64,000 bases of DNA, taken from contig CAWHDZ010000007.1 in NCBI GenBank assembly GCA_963828255.1, positions 32,001 through 96,000 of the forward strand, given 5' to 3'. The translations under genes and the position numbers were made by a program. Below the pieces are notes generated by a model that was not told the origin of the DNA, ran no database searches, and saw only the letters and a program-made list of their open reading frames with translations. Positions 10,652 through 22,316 of this stretch are shown one piece after another (position 1 is the first letter of the stretch; each line of letters opens with the position of its first letter). Source of the stretch: an uncultured delta proteobacterium. GTDB lineage: Bacteria > Myxococcota > Myxococcia > Myxococcales > Anaeromyxobacteraceae.

Positions 10652-11209
10652 TTGGCACTTCCGGCAACGCTCCACGATTTCCAGATCGAGCTCGCCAACG
10701 TGGACGCGGGCGAGCACCTGCGCGTCTCGCTGCGGGCGGCCAGGCACCCTTCCGAGTCGATGGAGCGGCTCTGGCTCCGGGTCCTCGCCCAGTGCTGGCG
10801 GTGGAGGGAGGGGATCGAGCAGGGACCGGGCCTCTCCGATCCCGACGCCCCCGACGTCCTGGCCCGCGACCTCACCGGCGAGATCCGGCTCTGGGTCCGC
10901 GTGGGGCGCCCCGAGGCGGCCCGCGTCCAGCAGGAGGCCGACCGGAACCGGCGCGCCGACGTGGCCGTGCTCTTCGACTCGCCGCGCCGGATGGAGGCCT
11001 TCGTCGAGGAGGCACGCGCGGCCGGGCTGGAACGGCTCGGGAGGGTGGCGCTGGCCGCGGTGACGCCGGCGTTCATGGCCGATCTGGCCAGGAACGAGGA
11101 GCGCCGGGCCAGGCTCTCCCTCACCATCGTCGGGGACCACCTGTACGTCGAGCGGGACGGCCAGTCCTTCGACGGCCCCCTCGTCAGGGGCTACATCCCC
11201 GGAATGTGA
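10652..11209 (+). CDS. yaeQ: YaeQ family protein
   Basis: MALPATLHDFQIELANVD, ARHPSESMER, GLSDPDAPD, DLTGEIRLW; TTG start inferred. Confidence 0.85.
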   Translation: MALPATLHDFQIELANVDAGEHLRVSLRAARHPSESMERLWLRVLAQCWRWREGIEQGPGLSDPDAPDVLARDLTGEIRLWVRVGRPEAARVQQEADRNRRADVAVLFDSPRRMEAFVEEARAAGLERLGRVALAAVTPAFMADLARNEERRARLSLTIVGDHLYVERDGQSFDGPLVRGYIPGM

Positions 11210-11257
11210 AGGCAAAGGTTGTCGTGCGCGCGACGGCCGCCTCGTTACATTTCCGCT

Positions 11258-11280
11258 ATCGGGACCTTTTCGGTCCAGAT
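11258..11280 (+). promoter_or_regulatory. putative operator of the suf Rrf2 regulator
   Basis: 9-5-9 inverted repeat ATCGGGACC-TTTTC-GGTCCAGAT (8/9 match), about 50 nt upstream of the operon. Confidence 0.65.
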
Positions 11281-11331
11281 AGGCTCCCAACTCGGGGGTT
11301 GGGGATTACCCCCAAAAAGGGTGGTTCGACG

Positions 11332-11792
11332 ATGATCCGCATGACCAAGCTCACCGACTACGGGATCGTCATCCTCACGCACATGGCGATGGAGGCGCCG
11401 GGCTCGCTGCACACGGCCCAGGACCTGTCCTCCAAGTCGCGGGTGCCGGTGCCCACTGCGTCGAAGCTCCTCAAGTCGCTGGCCCGCGCCGGACTGGTGG
11501 TCTCCCACCGCGGCCGCAACGGCGGCTATGGCCTCTCCCGCGACGCCGACACCATCTCGGTCGCCGAGATCATCGCCGCCATCGAGGGGCCCATCGGGCT
11601 CACCGAGTGCGGGACGGGCGCCGGGAGCGCCTGCGACATGGAGCCCTTCTGCGCCGCCAAGGGGCGCTGGGCGCCCATCAACCAGGCCATCGAGCGGGCG
11701 CTCCAGGACGTGCCCCTCTCGGCCATGAAGCCGGTGCAGCCGGTGCAGCCGGAGCGGCTGGTCCGGCTCGAGGCCGGGACGGGGGTCGCGCC

Positions 11793-11796
<4 letters not shown>
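11332..11796 (+). CDS. Rrf2-family SUF system regulator
   Basis: [20 protein letters not shown], three Cys in [16 protein letters not shown]; first gene of the suf operon. Confidence 0.92.
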
Positions 11797-13231
<1,435 letters not shown>

Positions 13232-13235
<4 letters not shown>

Positions 13236-13999
13236 GCCAGGGGTCGAACGGGGCGGCGCTGCTCGAGGTGCACGGCCTCCGGGCGCGCATCGACGACAAG
13301 GAGATCCTGAAGGGTCTCGACCTCACCGTGAATCCCGGCGAGGTGCACGCCATCATGGGGCCGAACGGCTCGGGCAAGAGCACCTTCGCCGGGGTCCTGG
13401 CGGGCCGTGACCGCGCCGAGGTGACCGGCGGCACCGTCACCCTCGACGGCAAGGACCTGCTCGCCCTCACCCCGGAGGCGCGGGCCGTGTCCGGCCTCTT
13501 CCTGGGCTTCCAGTACCCGGTGGAGATCCCCGGCGTGGGGAACATGTACTTCCTCCGCACCGCGCTGAACGCCCAGCGCAAGGCCCGCGGCGAGGAGGAG
13601 CTCGACGCCGTGGACTTCCTCGGGCTCGCCCGGGAGAAGATGAAGCTCGTCGAGATGGACCCGGCCTTCATGAACCGGGGCGTCAACGAGGGGTTCTCCG
13701 GCGGGGAGAAGAAGCGCAACGAGGTGCTGCAGATGGCGGTGCTCGAGCCCCGCCTCTCCATCCTCGACGAGATCGACAGCGGCCTCGACATCGACGCGCT
13801 CCGCGTGGTGGCGCGGGGGGTGGAGTCGCTGCGCAGCCCCCACCGCTCCACCATCCTGGTCACCCACTACCAGCGCCTCCTCGAGTACATCGTGCCCGAC
13901 CGCATCCACGTGATGGCCGGGGGGCGCATCGTCCGCTCCGGCGGGCGCGAGCTGGCCCTCGAGCTCGAGAAGAAGGGCTACGCCTGGGTGGAATCGTGA
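13232..13999 (+). CDS. sufC: Fe-S cluster assembly ATPase SufC
   Basis: [30 protein letters not shown]. Confidence 0.97.
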
Positions 14000-15306
14000 A
14001 CGCAGCGGAGCAGAGCCTGGTCGACGGCGCCGGGTCGCTCGCTCCGGCCCCCGCGTTCGTGGCCGCCGCCCGGCGGTCCGGGCGGGAGTCCTTCGAGCGG
14101 AGCGGCCTGCCCACCACCCGCATGGAGGACTGGCGCTTCACCTCGCTGGCGCCGCTCCTGGCCCACGCCTTCGGCCACGCCGATCCGTCCGCGCCGCTCT
14201 CGGCCGCCGACCTCGAGGCCGCCGCGGGGAAGGCCTTCGGCCCGCGGCTGGTCTTCGTGAACGGGCGGTTCCGCGCCGACCTCTCGAGCGCCCACGGCCT
14301 GCCGGCCGGCATCCACGCCGCCAGCCTCCAGCACGCCATCGCCGTGTCGCCCGGCCGGGTGGAGCCCCACCTGGCCCGCGCCGTCTCCGTGGAGGGGCGC
14401 CCCTTCGCGGCCCTGAACGCGGCCTTCCTGGGCGACGGCGCCTTCGTCCACGTCGGCGGCGAGGCGAAGGGCGGCGTCGTGGAGCTCGTCTTCGCCACCG
14501 TGGCCCGGCAGGGGCCGGCCGCCAGCCACCCCCGCGTGCTCGTGGCGGCCGACCCGGGGAGCCAGGCGACCGTCGTCGAGACCTACGTGGCGCTGGGCGG
14601 CCACCCTGCGCTCACCAACGCGGTCACCGAGGTCTCGCTCGGCGCCGGCGCACGCCTCGACCACTACCAGGTCCAGGACCAGCCGGCCTCCGCGTTCCAC
14701 TTCGCGACCCTGGCCGCGGTGCAGGGCGCAGGCGCCAGCCTCTCCACCCACTCCACCGCGCTGGGCGCCGCCCTCTCGCGCAGCGACGTCCTCGCACGCC
14801 TCGCCGGGGAGGGAGCCCAGGCCCACGTCTCCGGCCTGTACATGGCCGACGGGGACCGGCTCGTGGACAACCACTCGGTGATCGAGCACGCCGTGCCGAA
14901 CGGCACCAGCCGGGAGCTCTTCAAGGGCATCCTCGACGGCGCCTCGCGCGGCGTCTTCGCCGGCCGCATCCGCGTGCTCGAGGGGGCCTCGAAGACCGAC
15001 GCCCACCAGTCCAACTCGAACCTGCTCCTGTCCCGCGACGCCATCGTCGACACCCTGCCGCAGCTCGAGATCTACACCGACGACGTCAAGGCCGGCCACG
15101 GCGGCACGGTGGGCGAGCTGGACCGGGACGCGCTCTTCTACCTGCGCTCCCGCGGGCTGCCGCTGGCCGAGGCCCGGAGCCTGCTCGTCTACGCCTTCGC
15201 CCGCGAGATGGTGGAGCGGGTGGCCGTGCCGGCGCTCCGCGAGCGGCTCGGGCGGCTCGTGGCGGCCCGCCTTCCCGGCGGCGACGCCATCCTGGAGGCG
15301 GCATGA
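13996..15306 (+). CDS. sufD: Fe-S cluster assembly protein SufD
   Basis: PTTRMEDWRFT, PQLEIYTDDVKAGHGGTVG, FYLRSRG. Confidence 0.95.
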   Translation: MNAAEQSLVDGAGSLAPAPAFVAAARRSGRESFERSGLPTTRMEDWRFTSLAPLLAHAFGHADPSAPLSAADLEAAAGKAFGPRLVFVNGRFRADLSSAHGLPAGIHAASLQHAIAVSPGRVEPHLARAVSVEGRPFAALNAAFLGDGAFVHVGGEAKGGVVELVFATVARQGPAASHPRVLVAADPGSQATVVETYVALGGHPALTNAVTEVSLGAGARLDHYQVQDQPASAFHFATLAAVQGAGASLSTHSTALGAALSRSDVLARLAGEGAQAHVSGLYMADGDRLVDNHSVIEHAVPNGTSRELFKGILDGASRGVFAGRIRVLEGASKTDAHQSNSNLLLSRDAIVDTLPQLEIYTDDVKAGHGGTVGELDRDALFYLRSRGLPLAEARSLLVYAFAREMVERVAVPALRERLGRLVAARLPGGDAILEAA

Positions 15307-16520
15307 GCTTCGACGTCGAGGCGGTGCGCCGTCAGTTTCCCGTGCTGGCCCAGCGCCCGCACGGGAAGCGCCTGGCCTTCCTCGACAGCGGCGCCACGTC
15401 CCAGAAGCCGCAGTCGGTCATCGACGCGGTGACCCGGTTCTACGACCGGGACAACTCCAACGTGCACCGCGGCGTCTACGACCTTGCCGAGCGGGCCACC
15501 GCGGCCTTCGAGGGGGCGCGCAGGAAGATCGCCCGCTTCATCGGCGCCGAGCCCCGCGAGGTCATCTTCACCCGGGGTACGACCGAGGGCGTGAACCTGG
15601 TGGCCCAGTCCTGGGGACGGGCCAGCGTGGGGCCCGGCGACGAGATCCTGGTCACCGGGATGGAGCACCACTCCAACATCGTCCCCTGGCAGCTGCTCGC
15701 GGCCGAGAAGGGCGCGAAGCTCGTGGTGGTCCCGGTCGACGACCGGGGCGAGGTGCACCTCGCCGATTTCGAGCGGCTCATCGGCCCGCGCACCCGCATC
15801 GTCGCGGTCACCCAGGTGTCGAACGTGCTCGGGACGGTCAATCCGATCCGGGAGATCACCCGGCTGGCCCACGCCCGCGGGATCCCGGTCCTGGTGGACG
15901 GCGCCCAGGCCGTGCCCCACGAGAAGGTGGACGTCCGCGACCTCGACGCCGACTTCTACGTCTTCAGCGGCCACAAGATGTTCGGCCCCACCGGGATCGG
16001 CGTGCTGTACGGGAAGGCGAAGCTGCTCGAGGCCATGCCCCCCTGGCAGGGCGGCGGCGACATGATCCTCTCGGTCTCCTTCGAGGGGACCAGGTTCAAC
16101 ACCATCCCCTACAAGTTCGAGGCCGGAACCCCCGACGCCGCCGGTGCGGTGGGGCTGGGCGCCGCGGTGGACTGGCTCGAGGGGCTCGACCGGGAGGGCG
16201 CCCGGGCCCACGAGCGGGACCTGCTCGCCCACGCCACCCGGAGGCTCGAGGAGATCCCCGGGCTGCGCATCATCGGCGCCGCGCCCGGCAAGGCCCCGGT
16301 CATCTCCTTCGTCATGGAGGGCGTCCACCCGCACGACGTGGGCACCATCCTCGACCACGAGGGGGTGGCGGTGCGGGCCGGCCACCACTGCGCCCAGCCG
16401 CTCATGGAGCGCTTCGGCGTGCCGGCCACCGTTCGCGCGTCCATGGCCCTCTACAACACCCGCGAGGACGTGGACCAGCTCGTCCAGGGCCTCCACCGCG
16501 TCCGGGAGATGTTCCCATGA
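15303..16520 (+). CDS. sufS: cysteine desulfurase SufS
   Basis: LDSGATSQKP, FSGHKM (PLP lysine), RAGHHCAQP. Confidence 0.96.
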   Translation: MSFDVEAVRRQFPVLAQRPHGKRLAFLDSGATSQKPQSVIDAVTRFYDRDNSNVHRGVYDLAERATAAFEGARRKIARFIGAEPREVIFTRGTTEGVNLVAQSWGRASVGPGDEILVTGMEHHSNIVPWQLLAAEKGAKLVVVPVDDRGEVHLADFERLIGPRTRIVAVTQVSNVLGTVNPIREITRLAHARGIPVLVDGAQAVPHEKVDVRDLDADFYVFSGHKMFGPTGIGVLYGKAKLLEAMPPWQGGGDMILSVSFEGTRFNTIPYKFEAGTPDAAGAVGLGAAVDWLEGLDREGARAHERDLLAHATRRLEEIPGLRIIGAAPGKAPVISFVMEGVHPHDVGTILDHEGVAVRAGHHCAQPLMERFGVPATVRASMALYNTREDVDQLVQGLHRVREMFP

Positions 16521-16963
16521 GCGACCTCTCCGACCTCTACCAGGAGGTCATCCTGGACCACGGCCGCAATCCGCGGAACTTCCGGCGCATGGCCGACGCC
16601 ACCGCCACGGCGGAGGGGCTGAATCCCCTCTGCGGCGACCACTACCACGTGTTCCTCCGGATGGACGGCGACCGCGTCGCCGACGTCTCCTTCCAGGGCT
16701 CGGGCTGCGCCATCTCCAAGGCGTCGGCCTCGCTCATGAGCCAGGTGCTCAAGGGCAAGAGCGCCGCCGACGCCGAGGACCTCTTCCGGCGCTTCCACCG
16801 GATGGTGGTGGACGGGGACGCCACCCAGGCCGACGGCCTGGGGAAGCTCGCGGTCCTGAAGGGCGTGGCCGATTTTCCCACCCGCGTGAAGTGTGCCAGC
16901 CTGGCCTGGCACGCGCTCCACGCGGCACTGCACGGCGAGCAGAAGCCGGCGACGACGGAGTGA
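16517..16963 (+). CDS. sufU: SUF system sulfur-transfer protein SufU
   Basis: LYQEVILDH, NPLCGD, GCAISKAS, RVKCA. Confidence 0.95.
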   Translation: MSDLSDLYQEVILDHGRNPRNFRRMADATATAEGLNPLCGDHYHVFLRMDGDRVADVSFQGSGCAISKASASLMSQVLKGKSAADAEDLFRRFHRMVVDGDATQADGLGKLAVLKGVADFPTRVKCASLAWHALHAALHGEQKPATTE

Positions 16964-16967
16964 GACG

Positions 16968-17543
16968 ATGGAGCGCCGCGAACCGGTCTCGCTGAGCCGC
17001 GCAGTGGAGGTGACGCTCGTCCCCTCCGGGGAGAAGAGCATGCTCCCGCAGGGCGCGCTGGTCATGCCGCAGCAGGAGCTGGGCGGCCACTTCACGGTCA
17101 TGCTCGACCGCGGGGGGCTGGCGCGCCTCGCCAACGAGGACGCCGACGCGCTGGGGCCGGCCTTCGCCGAGCGGGCCCTCAAGGTGGCCGAGGCCGAGAA
17201 GGCGAGGCTCGCGGAGGCGAGCGGCCAGCCCTTCGACGAGCAGCAGGTCTGGGAAGCTCTCAAGAAGGTCTTCGACCCGGAGATCCCGGCCAGCATCGTG
17301 GACCTGGGGCTGGTCTACGAGCTCGTCCACTCCGAGCGGGCCGAGGGTGGCCGGAAGGTCACCATCCGGATGACGCTCACCGCCCCCGGCTGCGGGGTCG
17401 CCCCCATGATCCTCGACGACGTCCGGGAACGGGTCGCCAAGGTGCCCGGCGTCGGCGCGGTGGACGTGGACCTGGTCTTCGACCCGCCCTGGAGTCCGGA
17501 GAAGATGAGCGACGCCGCGAGGTTGCAGCTCGGTTTCTGGTAG
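16968..17543 (+). CDS. sufT: Fe-S assembly protein SufT (DUF59)
   Basis: DPEIPASIVDLGLVY, TLTAPGC, VFDPPW. Confidence 0.9.
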   Translation: MERREPVSLSRAVEVTLVPSGEKSMLPQGALVMPQQELGGHFTVMLDRGGLARLANEDADALGPAFAERALKVAEAEKARLAEASGQPFDEQQVWEALKKVFDPEIPASIVDLGLVYELVHSERAEGGRKVTIRMTLTAPGCGVAPMILDDVRERVAKVPGVGAVDVDLVFDPPWSPEKMSDAARLQLGFW

Positions 17544-17556
17544 ACCCATCCGGGAC

Positions 17557-17583
17557 GAATCCGTCCGGGCAGGTGGCGGCGTC
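17557..17583 (+). promoter_or_regulatory. putative ECF-sigma promoter
   Basis: GAATCC-N17-CGTC directly upstream of an operon that encodes an ECF sigma factor. Confidence 0.45.
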
Positions 17584-17627
17584 GAAGAGTGCAGGAGGGG
17601 CGCTCCTCGCCCCCGGAGGACGCACCG

Positions 17628-18080
17628 ATGAACCGCAAGCCGCTCGCCGCCGCATCGCTCCTCGCCCTCGCCGCCCCCACCGCCGCCCTGGCCGGGGACA
17701 TCGGGAGCACGCTGGTCTCCATCGGCGTGCCCGCCATCGTCTTCGGCTTCGTGCTGGCCATCGTGGGCGGCGCCTTCTACGTCGGATACCGCGAGACCAA
17801 GGAGCGGCAGCAGACCCTGCGGCTCGCCATCGAGAAGGGGATCGCCATCCCCCCCGAGCTCGTGGAGGGCGCCAGCGGGGAGCGGAACCCCGACAGGGAC
17901 CTGCGCAGCGGCATCAAGCAGATCTTCATCGGGATCGGCGTGGGCGTGCTGCTCTGGTTCGTGTCGCCCTTCAAGAACGTCTGGGCGGTGGGCGCCATGA
18001 TCGCCATCTTCGGGATCGGCCACGTCGTGGCCTGGGCGCTCACGCGCCGTCAGCCGAAGCCGGCCACTCCGGCCAGCTGA
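17628..18080 (+). CDS. membrane protein (DUF6249-like)
   Basis: TM helix, TLRLAIEKGIAIP, DLRSGI, two more TM helices; GGAGG RBS. Confidence 0.75.
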   Translation: MNRKPLAAASLLALAAPTAALAGDIGSTLVSIGVPAIVFGFVLAIVGGAFYVGYRETKERQQTLRLAIEKGIAIPPELVEGASGERNPDRDLRSGIKQIFIGIGVGVLLWFVSPFKNVWAVGAMIAIFGIGHVVAWALTRRQPKPATPAS

Positions 18081-18090
18081 TCGAGGGCGG

Positions 18091-18618
18091 ATGGGCCCCT
18101 CCGACGCCGAGCTCTGCGCCCGCGTCGTCTCGAGCGACGACCGGCACGCCTTCGCCGCCCTGGTGCGACGCCACCAGTCGGCGGTCCGGGCGGTGCTGCG
18201 CCGGCTCTGCGCGGGGGACGCGGCGCTGGCCGACGACCTCTCGCAGGAGACCTTCGTGCGTGCGTGGAGGGGCTTGCGGGGCTGGCGGGGCGGGGCCCGG
18301 TTCCCGACCTGGCTGCACCGCATCGCGGTGAACGCCTGGCTGTCCCAGGCCCGGAAGGCGCCTCCTCCCGCCGTCCTCGACCCGGGCGTCCAGGAGCCCG
18401 CCGACGGCCAGGTGGACGCCCGCCGCGATCTGGAGCGGGCCTTCGCCTTCCTGCGCCCCGAGGAGCGGATCGCGCTCTCCCTGGCCTACGCGCAGGACCT
18501 CACCCACGAGGAGGCGGCCGAGGCGGCCGGGTGGCCCGTGGGGACGCTCAAGACACACCTGCTGCGGGGCAAGGAGAAGCTCCGGCAGCGGCTCGTTCCC
18601 CAGGAGGGCGCGGCATGA
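18091..18618 (+). CDS. ECF RNA polymerase sigma factor
   Basis: ADDLSQETF, FPTWLHRIAVN, GTLKTHLLRG. Confidence 0.93.
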   Translation: MGPSDAELCARVVSSDDRHAFAALVRRHQSAVRAVLRRLCAGDAALADDLSQETFVRAWRGLRGWRGGARFPTWLHRIAVNAWLSQARKAPPPAVLDPGVQEPADGQVDARRDLERAFAFLRPEERIALSLAYAQDLTHEEAAEAAGWPVGTLKTHLLRGKEKLRQRLVPQEGAA

Positions 18619-18905
18619 CCGACCCACACGACCCGATCGACGACGCCCTGCGCGAAGCCCCCTACCTGGACGACGCGAGTTTCACAAATGGTGTCATGGG
18701 TGCGCTGCCGCCGCGCGCCCCGCGGCGCCGAGGGGCGGTCCTGGTCGTGGCCGGGGTGGCGGCCGGCCTGCTCGGGGCGGCCACGCTGGGCGAGCCGCTC
18801 GCCGCCGCGGCCGTCCTCCTCTCCGCGACCAGCGTCACGGCCTTGCTCCTGGGTGGTGCGGCGCTGGCGGCCGCGGCCGGGATCCTGCTCCGGACCGCCC
18901 GCTAG
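18615..18905 (+). CDS. small membrane protein, probable anti-sigma factor
   Basis: ATGA coupling to the sigma gene; YLDDASFT followed by two hydrophobic helices. Confidence 0.65.
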   Translation: MTDPHDPIDDALREAPYLDDASFTNGVMGALPPRAPRRRGAVLVVAGVAAGLLGAATLGEPLAAAAVLLSATSVTALLLGGAALAAAAGILLRTAR

Positions 18906-19062
18906 CCGAACGTCCGCAAACGTCCGGTTCCGGCCATCCGGACGGGCCCGGGCCCGATCCGGGCCCGATCCTGGCGTGAAGATCCAGTCCGGCGTGCGAA
19001 CCCGCTCGGGCATGGCGGATGCACACATCCTCCCCCGTGCTACGCCAAATGTGGGGGCAGCC

Positions 19063-20025
19063 ATGAAGAACCGGCTCGACGACGGAACGGTCCGCATCCT
19101 CGACATGGCCTGTCTCTTCCTGGCGATGCCGGTGGCCTGGTGGGCCCGGGCGCTTCTCCCCGGGAGCGACCCCGTGCTGGCCCGGATCGAGTACGCACCC
19201 TTCCTCGCCTTCACCCTCCTCATGTGGTTCGTCGCCGCCTGGTTCTTCCAGGTCTACGTGAGCCTCCGGACGCGCTCCGTGCAGGAGGCGTTCCGGAACT
19301 GCCAGGAGCGAGGCGCCGCCGCCCGCGTCTGCCTGGACCTCTTCGAGGTGGACGGCGCCCGGGCCGAGCTCGGGGACCTCGACGGCCTTCCCACGCTCTC
19401 GTTCTCGAGCGCGCCGACCGACGAGGTCGCGCTGCTCTTCAAGCGTGCCTTCGACGTGCTCTCGAGCGCCGCGGCCCTGCTGCTCTTCTCGCCGGTGCTC
19501 CTGGCCACCGCACTCGCGGTCAAGCTCGAGTCCCCCGGGCCGGTCTTCTTCCGGCAGGTGCGGGTCGGGAAGAATGGCCGGCCCTTCCGGATGTTCAAGT
19601 TCCGCAGCATGCGCGCCGACGCCGAGGAGCGGCTCGAGTCGCTGCGGGCCCGGAACGAGGCCTCCGGTCCGGTCTTCAAGATGCGGAACGACCCACGTGT
19701 CACCCGCGTCGGCGCCTTCATCCGCCGGTACTCCATCGACGAGCTGCCCCAGTTCCTGAACGTCCTCTCCGGGGAGATGAGCGTCGTCGGTCCGCGGCCG
19801 CCGGTTCCGGCCGAGGTCCGTCAGTACGAGCGCTGGCAGCGCCGTCGCCTGAGCGTGAAGCCCGGGATCACCTGCACCTGGCAGGTGAGCGGCAGGTCGG
19901 ACATCACCTTCGACCGGTGGATGGAGCTCGACCTCGCCTACATCGACTCCTGGTCGCTCTGGCGGGACGTGCAGATCTGCTTCCAGACCATTCCCGCGGT
20001 GCTGACCTCGCGCGGCGCCCGGTGA
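19063..20025 (+). CDS. polyprenyl phosphoglycosyl transferase (WcaJ/WbaP-like), apparently internally deleted
   Basis: KRAFDV, FKFRSM, DPRVT, SIDELPQ, GEMSVVGPRP, KPGITCTWQV. Confidence 0.88.
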   Translation: MKNRLDDGTVRILDMACLFLAMPVAWWARALLPGSDPVLARIEYAPFLAFTLLMWFVAAWFFQVYVSLRTRSVQEAFRNCQERGAAARVCLDLFEVDGARAELGDLDGLPTLSFSSAPTDEVALLFKRAFDVLSSAAALLLFSPVLLATALAVKLESPGPVFFRQVRVGKNGRPFRMFKFRSMRADAEERLESLRARNEASGPVFKMRNDPRVTRVGAFIRRYSIDELPQFLNVLSGEMSVVGPRPPVPAEVRQYERWQRRRLSVKPGITCTWQVSGRSDITFDRWMELDLAYIDSWSLWRDVQICFQTIPAVLTSRGAR

Positions 20026-20030
20026 CCCGG

Positions 20031-21995
<1,965 letters not shown>

Positions 21996-22316
21996 GACAT
22001 CGAGAGTAGACCACCCCCACCGGGCGTGGAAGGCGCCGGGCGGAGCTCGAGCCCCGGTCGGACACTTCACCGACCGTCCGTTCCGCGGACCCGCGGCCAG
22101 TTGGGGCGTAAGCAGATGCCTTCCTTGACGGGGTTTCGGTGGGATTTGCCTTCCGTGAAGCGGTGGCCGAAGGAATGCTCCTGTCGCTGCGCCAGGAGCT
22201 CGTGCGTGCCCTTCCGGAATTCCTGGCGAGGTTCGAGATCTCCCGGTGAAAGGACGCGGCAGAGGGGCTCTCCGTGCGTCTGGGGAGGGCCGAATTTCCC
22301 GTGAGACAGTGGATCC

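Noticed and set aside
11731..11757. CCGGTGCAG tandem repeat
   Set aside because: Short in-frame duplication (PVQPVQ) in the variable tail of the Rrf2 protein; no wider pattern
22111..22249. Short protein-like frame ADAFLDGVSVGFAFREAVAEGMLLSLRQELVRALPEFLARFEISR
   Set aside because: Preceded by TAA, with no convincing start codon or RBS; cannot be supported as a gene
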